Shown here piece by piece: positions 48,130-56,764 of a stretch of DNA of 64,000 nt. The notes under the pieces were generated by a model. That model worked only from the letters and a program-made list of their open reading frames with translations. It ran no database searches and was not told where the DNA came from. The DNA is taken from the NCBI GenBank assembly GCA_046331265.1, contig JAXLRE010000003.1:10538-74537 (forward strand). Direction: 5' to 3'. Numbering within the stretch: position 1 is the stretch's first letter; every line of letters starts with the position of its first letter. The DNA is from Acidimicrobiia bacterium. GTDB taxonomy: Bacteria; Actinomycetota; Acidimicrobiia; IMCC26256; JAGPDB01. The translations under genes were made by a program, and so were the position numbers.

Positions 48130-50259
48130 ATGGCAACTACAAAAGCGGATCTTGCGCAAATCAAATTAAGTGATGTTAAGTCACTTAGTAGTTCTGTTGT
48201 AGAAAAGCTAGAGTCAATGTCGATAAACACAGCTTTAGATCTACTAGAGCTTTATCCGCGTCGTTATTTAGATAGGACAAAACAGCTAAAAATCTCTGAA
48301 TTAGTACCTGGGGAAGAAGCAACATTTTATGGTGTAGTCGAGGCAATAAGCTCGAGAAGAACAAAAAATCGTAAGTCGTTAGTCCAAGCCGTTGTGGCAG
48401 ATGGCCAAGCGAGAATAAAGATTTCTTTTTTTAATCAGGCATGGCGTGCCAAGCAGCTAAAAGTTTCTACTGAAGCTGCATTTTTTGGAAAGGTTAATGA
48501 TTACAAAGGAAATATTGGGTTAATAAATCCTCTTGTAGATATTATTCGCGAAGGTAGTGGATCCCAACGAACTGGTGTCTTTTTACCTTTGTATCCGCAG
48601 AGTCCAAAAGAAAATTTATCTACAAGCGATATTTCTAAAGCAATAATCGAAGTTCTAAAATTGGTTGAAGATTTAGCTGAAATTTTGAATAAAGAAATTT
48701 TAGATGAATTAAAACTTATTCCTAGAGCGCAAGCATACCGTTTTATCCATACACCAGAAAATGATGATGAAGCACGTAAAGGTGCCCGTAGGCTTCGGTT
48801 CGATGAATTTTTAATGTTGCAAATGATAATGGTTTCAAAATATTTGCTCTATGAAAATTCTGTCACTTCTTTAACGTTGCCAAAAAACGAAATAGAACAG
48901 AAATTTATAAATTCTTTGCCATTTGAATTAACAAATTCGCAGAAGACGGCAATAAAAACAATTGATGAAGAAATGTCTAGCAATCATCCAATGCACCGAT
49001 TACTTCAAGGTGATGTTGGATCAGGAAAAACGGTCGTAGCTTTAGCTGGAGTCGCACGGGCTGCGAGTAATGATGCTCAAAGTATATTTTTATCACCAAC
49101 CGAAGTATTAGCGAATCAACATTTTGAGTCTGCAAAGAAATTATTTAAAGGTATAGAAAAAGTAAGTACAAATAATTTATTTAGCAAACGAGATTTCGCA
49201 GTTGAAATATTAACCAGTTCAACGAGTGCAAAAAAAAGAAATGAAATAATAGCCAAGCTTGAGAGTGGGGAAATAGATTTATTAATTTCAACTCACGCTG
49301 TTTTATATCATGACATAAACTTCCATAATTTAGGGCTCGTGATCGTAGATGAACAACATCGCTTTGGAGTTGATCAGAGGAGTGCTCTAATCGAGAATCG
49401 AGAGGTACGCCCACATCTAATAGCAATGAGTGCTACCCCTATCCCTAGAACTGCTGCAATGCTTTATTTTGGTGATTTGAAAAATACGATTATGAAAGAT
49501 ATGCCAAAAGATCGTCTAGAAATCAAAACAAAAATTGCTAGAACTAAAAAACAAAGAGAATCTGCTTATAAAAAAGTGAGATCTGAAATTGAAAACGGTA
49601 GACAGGCCTATGTTGTTTGCGCTTTAGTAAATGAATCAGACAAAATTGAGGCCGCATCTGCTGTTGAGCATATTGAAAGATTAAAGAGCGATGAATTATC
49701 GGGAATCAACATTGGTCTAGTTCATGGACAAATGTCTTCTCAAGAAAAAGATGCTGTTATGTCACAATTTAAAAATGGAGAAATAAAAGTATTGGTTTCA
49801 ACAACAGTTATAGAAGTAGGTATCGATGTTCCAAATGCGAGCGTGATGGTTGTTGAAGATGCAGACCGTTTCGGCTTAAGTCAATTACACCAGTTGCGAG
49901 GCCGTGTAGGTAGAGGGCAATATCAGTCATATTGTTTTTTGCTATCTGAAAAAAGTTCTAATGAAGTTCAAAATCGTTTAGGTGCAATGGAAAAAACTTC
50001 GGATGGGTTTGAACTTTCCGAAATTGATCTTGAATTACGTGGAGCTGGTCATATTTTGGGGGGCATACAATCTGGTGTAGGTGATTTAAAACTTGGTAAA
50101 TTGCCTCGTGATGCAAAATATGTTGAGTATGCAAAAGATGTTGCAACACGAATACTTAAAAATGATCCACAAATGGCAAGCATCGAAAATAAAACTATAG
50201 CTATTGAACTTAAACTGAATGAAGATTTTCAGTCTTACGAATACATTTTCAAATCTTGA
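48130..50259 (+). CDS. recG: ATP-dependent DNA helicase RecG
   Basis: 709 aa. Has GDVGSGKT, DEQHRFG and LRGRVGRG motifs plus an N-terminal wedge domain. Confidence 0.95.
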   Translation: MATTKADLAQIKLSDVKSLSSSVVEKLESMSINTALDLLELYPRRYLDRTKQLKISELVPGEEATFYGVVEAISSRRTKNRKSLVQAVVADGQARIKISFFNQAWRAKQLKVSTEAAFFGKVNDYKGNIGLINPLVDIIREGSGSQRTGVFLPLYPQSPKENLSTSDISKAIIEVLKLVEDLAEILNKEILDELKLIPRAQAYRFIHTPENDDEARKGARRLRFDEFLMLQMIMVSKYLLYENSVTSLTLPKNEIEQKFINSLPFELTNSQKTAIKTIDEEMSSNHPMHRLLQGDVGSGKTVVALAGVARAASNDAQSIFLSPTEVLANQHFESAKKLFKGIEKVSTNNLFSKRDFAVEILTSSTSAKKRNEIIAKLESGEIDLLISTHAVLYHDINFHNLGLVIVDEQHRFGVDQRSALIENREVRPHLIAMSATPIPRTAAMLYFGDLKNTIMKDMPKDRLEIKTKIARTKKQRESAYKKVRSEIENGRQAYVVCALVNESDKIEAASAVEHIERLKSDELSGINIGLVHGQMSSQEKDAVMSQFKNGEIKVLVSTTVIEVGIDVPNASVMVVEDADRFGLSQLHQLRGRVGRGQYQSYCFLLSEKSSNEVQNRLGAMEKTSDGFELSEIDLELRGAGHILGGIQSGVGDLKLGKLPRDAKYVEYAKDVATRILKNDPQMASIENKTIAIELKLNEDFQSYEYIFKS

Positions 50260-50278
50260 TATTGATTAGAGTAATTAA

Positions 50279-50848
50279 ATGCGTATAGTTGCAGGAAAAC
50301 TAAAAGGAGCAAACTTAAACTCTAAAGTAGCTGAAACAACCCGTCCAACTAGCGACAGCATTCGTGAATCTATTTTTAATTTACTGCAAACAAGATTCGA
50401 TTTTGAAAATGCAAATATTGCGGACCTTTATGCAGGAACTGGTGCACTCGGTCTTGAAGCATATTCAAGAGGCGCAGGCAAAATCTGTTTCGTAGAGTCA
50501 AATAAAAAAGCATGCCAAGTGATTGAAGCCAACATTGGATTAGTTATTAGAAATTTTGATGAATCAAAAAATAACTTTGTACTTTTTAATCAACCAGTTT
50601 CGGTATTTATAAAGAACAAACAAAATGCAGAATACTTCGACTTGATCCTTGTTGATCCACCGTATGATATTAATTTTGAAATCGATATCATTTCTATAGT
50701 TAGGCCTGGCGGTTTAGTTGTCTATGAAACAACCTCAAAGAAGCTGGATGAATCTGTTGAGATTTTCGAAAACATAGAGTCGGTTGATGAAGTTCTAGTA
50801 GCCAGAAAAATGGGCAATAGCGCAGTTATTATTTTTTCGGTTTGTTAG
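50279..50848 (+). CDS. rsmD: 16S rRNA (guanine966-N2)-methyltransferase
   Basis: Motifs RPTSDSIRESIFN, DLYAGTGALGLEA and DPPY. The recG-rsmD-coaD order is conserved. Confidence 0.85.
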   Translation: MRIVAGKLKGANLNSKVAETTRPTSDSIRESIFNLLQTRFDFENANIADLYAGTGALGLEAYSRGAGKICFVESNKKACQVIEANIGLVIRNFDESKNNFVLFNQPVSVFIKNKQNAEYFDLILVDPPYDINFEIDIISIVRPGGLVVYETTSKKLDESVEIFENIESVDEVLVARKMGNSAVIIFSVC

Positions 50849-50889
50849 TAGTTACCTAAATGCACAGGTTAATAGTAGAATAAACACAT

Positions 50890-51381
50890 ATGTCACACGC
50901 CTTATGTCCAGGAAGTTTTGACCCGCCAACATTTGGCCATATTGAAATTATTGAGAGAGCAAAAAATCTTTTTGATGAAGTAACTGTTGCAGTTATTCGA
51001 AACTCAACAAAAAATGCTGTCCTATCGGCTGAAGAAAGAGTCGATTACTTGAAAAGATGTTTAGATGGAAAAGACAATATTCATGTAATTTCTTTCGATG
51101 GGCTTTTAGTTGATTGTGCTAATAGCGTTGGTGCGAACGTAGTAGTTAAAGGATTGCGTGCTGTTTCAGATTTTGATTATGAATTGCAGATGGCTCAAAT
51201 GAATCGGAAGCTAAGTAGTATTGAAACAGTTTTCTTAAGTACTAATCCAGACCATAGCTTCTTATCTTCATCGATGGTCAGAGACGTTGCTCGTTATGGA
51301 GGAGATGTATCTTCCCTGGTCCCAGCCGCAATAGCAGACGATGTCAAAAGACGTTTTGCATTTGATCCGTCAAATGTCTAA
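50890..51381 (+). CDS. coaD: phosphopantetheine adenylyltransferase
   Basis: PGSFDPPTFGH motif, 163 aa. Confidence 0.95.
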   Translation: MSHALCPGSFDPPTFGHIEIIERAKNLFDEVTVAVIRNSTKNAVLSAEERVDYLKRCLDGKDNIHVISFDGLLVDCANSVGANVVVKGLRAVSDFDYELQMAQMNRKLSSIETVFLSTNPDHSFLSSSMVRDVARYGGDVSSLVPAAIADDVKRRFAFDPSNV

Positions 51382-51408
51382 TTTAATAAGGTACAAAAGG
51401 TAGGAAAT

Positions 51409-51978
51409 ATGTCTGATTTAGATTTGGAAGAAGAAGTGGTCACGGAGGACGAATTCGTCCCAGCACCAGTTGGGGTAGAAGAACTTCTTCTTAGGGTTAG
51501 AGATTTAATCGATACTGCACGATCAATGCCTATGTCAGCATCTGTGCTTGTTAATCGTGAAGAACTTCTTGAGCTTCTTGATGATGCATTAGATGGTTTG
51601 CCCGAAGAACTTAGACACGCTCGATGGTTGCTCAAAGAACGCGAAGAATTTTTAGAAGATGCTCGCCGTGATGCGCAAGATATTAGAGACCGTGCAGCTG
51701 CGACAGCTGCACGCATGGTTGAAGAGCGCGAGATCGTTAGACAAAGTGAAGTTACTGCTCAACGAATAGTTACAGAAGCTGAAGCAAATGCTCGTCAGAT
51801 CCAACATGAAGCAGAAGATTATATCGATCAAAAACTTGCAAGTTTCGAAGTTATTTTGGACCGAACAATGCAAACAATCCAAAAAGGTCGAGATCGTTTA
51901 AGTGTTCAACTTGAAGCAGAAGAAACTGTTGAACAAGATCAAAACGAAAACGGTTTTTTCGATCAAGATACAATCTAA
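51409..51978 (+). CDS. acidic coiled-coil protein (DivIVA/ATP-synthase-b-like)
   Basis: 189 aa and Glu/Arg-rich. It occupies the conserved position between coaD and yceD. Confidence 0.5.
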   Translation: MSDLDLEEEVVTEDEFVPAPVGVEELLLRVRDLIDTARSMPMSASVLVNREELLELLDDALDGLPEELRHARWLLKEREEFLEDARRDAQDIRDRAAATAARMVEEREIVRQSEVTAQRIVTEAEANARQIQHEAEDYIDQKLASFEVILDRTMQTIQKGRDRLSVQLEAEETVEQDQNENGFFDQDTI

Positions 51979-51985
51979 TTAATTT

Positions 51986-52558
51986 ATGATTGAATGTCGT
52001 GTATATGTTGGCGACCTTTTAAATCATTTAGGTTCAAAACGAGAAATTCATTTATCAATACCAGGTGTAGGTTTTTCATCAGCTCTTTGTTCTGTAATTG
52101 ATGATGTTGAATGTAATCTAACTTTAGAATCTGTAACTGGTGGAATTGTTGTTCATGGTTTTCTAGATGGAAACTATTCTGCACAATGTAGTTATGGTTT
52201 GACAGATATAGTTGACAGTTTTCATTTCAATGTTAATGAACTTTTTGAATCACCAAGAGAACGAGATAAGAAAATAATTAATATTGATGTTGAAGGACAG
52301 CTTGGTCAAGATGATAATTATCAATTCACAGGAGACGAATTAGATCTTGAACAAATGTTTCGTGATGTAATAATTACAGGATTGCCCTTAGCGCCTGTTT
52401 GTGCTCATGGGCCAGAAAATTGTTCTGTTTGTTCAGTGCAAATCAAGAAATTTATATCTAAGCGTTTTGATAAATCTGATGAAGTAATTGGTGGAATCGA
52501 TGACGTTTTAAATCAACATGACCCAAGGTGGTCGGCGCTGGACGACTTCAAGCCCTAA
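51986..52558 (+). CDS. yceD: YceD/DUF177 family protein
   Basis: 190 aa. The C-terminal Cys motif (PVCAHGPENCSVC) and the position upstream of rpmF fit YceD. Confidence 0.75.
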   Translation: MIECRVYVGDLLNHLGSKREIHLSIPGVGFSSALCSVIDDVECNLTLESVTGGIVVHGFLDGNYSAQCSYGLTDIVDSFHFNVNELFESPRERDKKIINIDVEGQLGQDDNYQFTGDELDLEQMFRDVIITGLPLAPVCAHGPENCSVCSVQIKKFISKRFDKSDEVIGGIDDVLNQHDPRWSALDDFKP

Positions 52559-52562
52559 CTCT

Positions 52563-52618
52563 TTCCCGTGTTGGGTCGAAAAACTATCGTTTTTCGATAG
52601 AAAATCCCACAAACACAT
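52563..52618 (+). repeat. 56-bp inverted repeat, left copy (structured palindromic element)
   Basis: Its reverse complement is identical to 53670-53725, verified base by base. It contains two overlapping palindromes: TCGAAAAAC/GTTTTTCGA and CTATCG/CGATAG. Confidence 0.95.
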
Positions 52619-52629
52619 ATAATTAGTGA

Positions 52630-53670
52630 ATGAAATATGCATTTTACGCTGACTATTCTGAAGGTGCTCATGAAGAAATACTTAAAGCATTATCGAAATT
52701 TTCTTCTTCGCAAGATCTCACGTATGGGTACGACAAACATAGCGAAAACGCTCGTAATCTAATTAGAGAAGAATTTAATTTAACCAATGCTTTTGTTGAT
52801 TTTGTTCCTTCTGGAACTATGGCAAATATTGTTTGCTTGGCCTCACTTCTAAAACCATATGAAGCAGCTATTGCAGCGACAACCGGACATATAAATGTTC
52901 ATGAATCAGGTGCGATAGAAGCTACGGGTCATAAAGTATTGTCATTTGAAACTGATGATGGAAAAATCACAAAAGAAATTATTGATAAAGCTCTCGGAAC
53001 TTATGAAGATGAGCACACTGTCATTCCTAAAGTTATTTATGTATCGCAAACAACAGAAGTTGGTACTGCTTATACAATAAAAGAACTAACAGAAATTATT
53101 AACTATGCAAAACAAAATAATCTTTTTGTATACTTAGACGGAGCAAGGCTTGCTATGGCGATTGCCAGCGATGCTTGTGATTTCAGCGCTGAAAGTTTCT
53201 CGGAAATCGCTCAATTATTAGATGCTTTTTATATTGGTGGAACAAAAAATGGTGGATTATTTGGTGAAGCTGTTGTCGTAAACAATTCAGAAGCTGCTAA
53301 TAACTTTCGACATATTATGAAGCAGCGTGGAGCAATTATCGGTAAGGGGCGTGCTATCGGGCAGCAATTTGAGAGATTTTTCGCCGAAGATAAGTTATAT
53401 ATTCAGACTGCTAAGCATGCTGTTGATATGTCAAAAAAACTTTATGATGGTTTAAAAAATTTAAGTATTAAATTTGATCATGAATATGTTTCTAATCAAC
53501 TTTTCCCAATTTTAGAAACAAGAGTGATAGATGAGCTTGAAAAATCTTATGGTTTTTATCGATATGAAAAGATTGGCGATAATCTCCAAAAAATTAGGCT
53601 TGTTACATCTTGGGGTACTCCATCTAATGCAATAGACCAGTTTATTGAAGATTTAAATCGCCTTATTTAA
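52630..53670 (+). CDS. ltaE: threonine aldolase-like PLP enzyme (beta-eliminating lyase family)
   Basis: 346 aa. SGTMANI, YLDGARL and the PLP-lysine context GGTKNGG. The gene symbol is tentative. Confidence 0.75.
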   Translation: MKYAFYADYSEGAHEEILKALSKFSSSQDLTYGYDKHSENARNLIREEFNLTNAFVDFVPSGTMANIVCLASLLKPYEAAIAATTGHINVHESGAIEATGHKVLSFETDDGKITKEIIDKALGTYEDEHTVIPKVIYVSQTTEVGTAYTIKELTEIINYAKQNNLFVYLDGARLAMAIASDACDFSAESFSEIAQLLDAFYIGGTKNGGLFGEAVVVNNSEAANNFRHIMKQRGAIIGKGRAIGQQFERFFAEDKLYIQTAKHAVDMSKKLYDGLKNLSIKFDHEYVSNQLFPILETRVIDELEKSYGFYRYEKIGDNLQKIRLVTSWGTPSNAIDQFIEDLNRLI

Positions 53671-53725
53671 TGTGTTTGTGGGATTTTCTATCGAAAAACG
53701 ATAGTTTTTCGACCCAACACGGGAA
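53670..53725 (-). repeat. 56-bp inverted repeat, right copy
   Basis: Perfect reverse complement of 52563-52618. It starts at the last base of the ltaE-like stop codon. Confidence 0.95.
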
Positions 53726-53745
53726 GGTGTGGGGGGGGTAGGGAA

Positions 53746-53775
53746 TTGAGGTATTTGTCGTTAATGGGGTAGAAT
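53746..53775 (+). promoter_or_regulatory. candidate promoter giving a leaderless transcript for the 53783 ORF
   Basis: TTGAGG (53746-53751), an 18-nt spacer, then TAGAAT (53770-53775). The ATG at 53783 lies 7 nt after the -10 element, and no SD is present. Confidence 0.3.
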
Positions 53776-53782
53776 TGCATTT

Positions 53783-54454
53783 ATGTCTAACAAACCTGGA
53801 ACAACAATTTTTTCAAACGCACTACCATCATCTGCGATGCCAACATTTAATGGACCAAAACAACTTCTTGAAAAAGTAGGTGCATCTATCATCCCTACAG
53901 CTGTTAAACAAACATTTGGTCAAATTGGCGATTCATTCGAAATTAGCTTGATCAGATTTGCTGGTGGAGTTCAGCGTGTCAAATTATCGGCAATAACTTC
54001 TGGTACAAGTGGACAATATGACCATGGTTTTAAAAATGTTGACGAAATGGTTTTTTGGTTTCAAGGTGATAGAAAACCTTTTGGGCCTACATCAGCAAAG
54101 CATCATATTCAATCTGCAAACTTTCAATTTGAGTTAGTTAGAGAAATAGAAACAGGACGTAAAGCTGCACAAACAAATGCTGCCAAACTTTTAGCACTAC
54201 TAGAAGAACATGGTGCAGAATTTCTAGATTCTATTGATGACCCAAACTTAGCAAGTGACGCTGCAGTAGCGTTGCTAGGGGTAAGAGCTAAATTATCTAA
54301 TCCTGTAAAAACTTTCGGACCAGGTGCGATCGAAGCAGATCTAAGCCCTGATGCAATTAAAGTTTCAGATCGATTTAGAAGACACGCTGAGGGCAAAATT
54401 CTTTTAGAACCAGCATTTGATATAAGTCCTAAAGGTGTATTTCATGCACGATAA
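53783..54454 (+). CDS. hypothetical protein
   Basis: 223-aa ORF with no recognisable motif. It is part of the insertion between yceD and rpmF. Confidence 0.45.
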   Translation: MSNKPGTTIFSNALPSSAMPTFNGPKQLLEKVGASIIPTAVKQTFGQIGDSFEISLIRFAGGVQRVKLSAITSGTSGQYDHGFKNVDEMVFWFQGDRKPFGPTSAKHHIQSANFQFELVREIETGRKAAQTNAAKLLALLEEHGAEFLDSIDDPNLASDAAVALLGVRAKLSNPVKTFGPGAIEADLSPDAIKVSDRFRRHAEGKILLEPAFDISPKGVFHAR

Positions 54455-54550
54455 AATCATCTAAATGCTAAGGTTAGAAAAATATAACCTATTTAGGCTA
54501 TTATTTTAACCCGGAAATAATGATTTCGAATAAATTCTTAAGGAACACAA

Positions 54551-54730
54551 ATGGTTGAGCCAAAGCGTAAAACACCGCAAAGTAAAACAAGATCGAGAAA
54601 AGCGGCTGCGTGGAAACTAGAAGCTTCAGCTCAATCATCATGTCCTAACTGCGGTGTAGCAAAACTTCCTCACGTCGTATGTTCAAACTGTGGACACTAT
54701 AAAGGCCGAGTTGCAATAGACGTCGGCTAA
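54551..54730 (+). CDS. rpmF: 50S ribosomal protein L32
   Basis: Not in the ORF track (59 aa). My translation is MVEPKRKTPQSKTRSRKAAAWKLEASAQSSCPNCGVAKLPHVVCSNCGHYKGRVAIDVG. It has the L32 KRKTS-type N-terminus and a CxxC...CxxC zinc ribbon. Confidence 0.9.
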   Translation: MVEPKRKTPQSKTRSRKAAAWKLEASAQSSCPNCGVAKLPHVVCSNCGHYKGRVAIDVG

Positions 54731-54732
54731 AA

Positions 54733-55743
54733 ATGACTGACCAAAAAATTACTATTGCATTAGATGCACACGGTACAGATCACAACACAAAAGTAATTGT
54801 AGATGGCGCAATTGATGCTGTAGAAAAATTAGACATCAACGTCGTACTGGTCGGTGATAAAACCGAAATTGAAGAATGCTTGCCGACAAACAACTGGCCT
54901 GATGGATTATTGCATGAACAAGCTAGCGATGTTATACATATGCATGAGGAGCCAGCATCATCAGTAAGAAAGAAAACCGACTCGTCAATTGTTGTTGCAT
55001 CAAAAATTGTAAAAGATAATAAAGCTCACGCTCTAGTAGGCGCAGGAAATACTGGAGCCATGATGGCTGCGGCACTTTTGAATTTAGGAAGAATAACGGG
55101 TGTAGCTAGACCCGGTATTGCAGTTGAATTGCCTGCTCCGGGTAGCGTTCATGGTTCTACAAGTCGTCAAATACTCGTCGATGCCGGAGCAACCATAGAC
55201 CCTGAACCAGAGTGGTTAGTCCAACAAGCACTAATGGCAAAAGCCTATGTTGAACACAGATTAGGTATCTCTGAGCCGACAATAGGTTTATTAAGTAACG
55301 GTGAAGAATCTACAAAAGGTGATGAGTTGCGTAAAAAAACTCATGAGCTATTAAAAAATGTTGAGGGATTTATCGGAAACTGTGAAGGTCGTGACTTAAC
55401 AAGTGGTTCTCCAACAATTGTTGTAACAGATGGTTTCACTGGAAACGTTGCACTCAAAACTATTGAAGGTGTTTCTAAAGCTATATCGACGATGGTCATG
55501 AATGTATTGATGGAAGACGAAAATCAAGAAGCTGCAGCTAGCGTAATTGGGCCGTTGCTTAAGGCAGCAGAAAAAATTCACCCAGACACTTACGGTGGTG
55601 CAGTTTTGTTGGGAGTTAATTCACCTGTTGTTATATCGCATGGTTCAGCTAGCTCAATTGCAATCTATAATGCATTACGTGTTGCAAAAGAATGTGTAGA
55701 AACAGACGTTATCGAAGCAGTTAAGAATGCAATCAATAACTAA
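54733..55743 (+). CDS. plsX: phosphate acyltransferase PlsX
   Basis: 336 aa. Has the GFTGNVALK motif, and rpmF-plsX adjacency is conserved. Confidence 0.9.
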   Translation: MTDQKITIALDAHGTDHNTKVIVDGAIDAVEKLDINVVLVGDKTEIEECLPTNNWPDGLLHEQASDVIHMHEEPASSVRKKTDSSIVVASKIVKDNKAHALVGAGNTGAMMAAALLNLGRITGVARPGIAVELPAPGSVHGSTSRQILVDAGATIDPEPEWLVQQALMAKAYVEHRLGISEPTIGLLSNGEESTKGDELRKKTHELLKNVEGFIGNCEGRDLTSGSPTIVVTDGFTGNVALKTIEGVSKAISTMVMNVLMEDENQEAAASVIGPLLKAAEKIHPDTYGGAVLLGVNSPVVISHGSASSIAIYNALRVAKECVETDVIEAVKNAINN

Positions 55744-55996
55744 AGAAGAAATTCTTGAAATTATTAAATTAAAAATTTCTCAGATTCTTTTTATAGATGA
55801 AAATGATATCGAAATAAATTCACGTTTTGAAGAAGATTTAAGTGCTGATCAAATATTGATGCAAGATTTTTATGAATCATTAGAAGAACATTTTATGATT
55901 AGAAATTTAAATGTTTCTTTTGATGATAAAGACCGAAAAGAAGTAGAGAAAATAGGCGACTTAGTGGAACTGGTATCATTTCAAGTGAATGTTTGA
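55727..55996 (+). CDS. acyl carrier protein-like protein lacking the canonical phosphopantetheine serine
   Basis: 89 aa. FEEDLSADQILMQDFYESLEEHF aligns with the ACP consensus [23 protein letters not shown], with Gln in place of the modified Ser. Confidence 0.65.
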   Translation: MQSITKEEILEIIKLKISQILFIDENDIEINSRFEEDLSADQILMQDFYESLEEHFMIRNLNVSFDDKDRKEVEKIGDLVELVSFQVNV

Positions 55997-56005
55997 GGAG
56001 TAAAT

Positions 56006-56764
56006 GTGATTGACGAAACTACCGAAACAGAACAAGTTGAAGAAAATGAAGAGATAACTGTTGAAGATAGAGCTTACGATTGTGCGAAATTTTTAGGTTA
56101 CGAACCAAAAGATATCAATTTATTGAAAACTGCATTAACGCACAGAAGCTACAGCGCTGAGCATGGTGGCGTTGAAAATAATGAGAGACTTGAATTTTTA
56201 GGAGATGCTGTTTTAGATCTAGTTCTTTCTGACATTTTATTTCTTGCGAATAAAGATATGCCAGAAGGTGAATTAGCGAAGGCTCGATCTGCAGTTGTAA
56301 ATGAAGATACTTTGGCTGACATCGCAACTGAAATCAATTTAGGTTCATATATGTTTTTTGGTGTAGGTGAAGCTAAAAGCGGAGGAGCAAACAAAAGATC
56401 AATTCTGGCTGATGCAATGGAAGCTGTTATTGCCGCTATGTATTTAGATCTAGGTTACGAATTTGCAAAATCTTTTGTTTCTAAACATTGGGAGTCAAGA
56501 GCACAAATAAGCGCAAACAATCCAGGTATCGCTGATTACAAAACACGATTCCAAGAAGCAATTGTTAAATTTAATTCTTCTAAGCCAAGGTATTACTGCG
56601 AAGCAATAGGTCCTGAACACAATCGTGTTTTTAATGCACATGTTTATTCAAATGATATTGAAATGGGTTCAGGTGTTGGACGTTCAAAAAAAATTGCTGA
56701 ACAAGATGCTGCAAGAAACGCTCTTGAATATTTAGAGAAGCTTGAATCTCAAGACAAAAAATGA
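56006..56764 (+). CDS. rnc: ribonuclease III
   Basis: ERLEFLGDAVL signature and a C-terminal dsRBD. GTG start. Confidence 0.9.
   Translation: MIDETTETEQVEENEEITVEDRAYDCAKFLGYEPKDINLLKTALTHRSYSAEHGGVENNERLEFLGDAVLDLVLSDILFLANKDMPEGELAKARSAVVNEDTLADIATEINLGSYMFFGVGEAKSGGANKRSILADAMEAVIAAMYLDLGYEFAKSFVSKHWESRAQISANNPGIADYKTRFQEAIVKFNSSKPRYYCEAIGPEHNRVFNAHVYSNDIEMGSGVGRSKKIAEQDAARNALEYLEKLESQDKK

Noticed and set aside
51378-51716. 112-aa antisense ORF opposite the acidic coiled-coil gene, and similar antisense ORFs in the track (for example 2793-3167, 23308-23631, 23788-24129, 54124-54396)
   Set aside because: They overlap well-supported genes on the opposite strand and have low-complexity Ser/Arg/Ala-rich composition typical of antisense frames. 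No independent signals support them.
52563-53725. IR-flanked gene considered as an IS element or composite transposon
   Set aside because: There is no transposase ORF, and the only enclosed gene is a PLP aldolase-like enzyme. No direct target-site duplication flanks the repeats. I kept it as a finding under other hypotheses.
53670-53741. 23-codon ORF (MCLWDFLSKNDSFSTQHGKVWGG) starting inside the right inverted repeat, and its mirror ORF in the left repeat
   Set aside because: There is no SD. It is created automatically by the repeat sequence, and the two mirror ORFs diverge outside the repeat. It is most likely non-coding.
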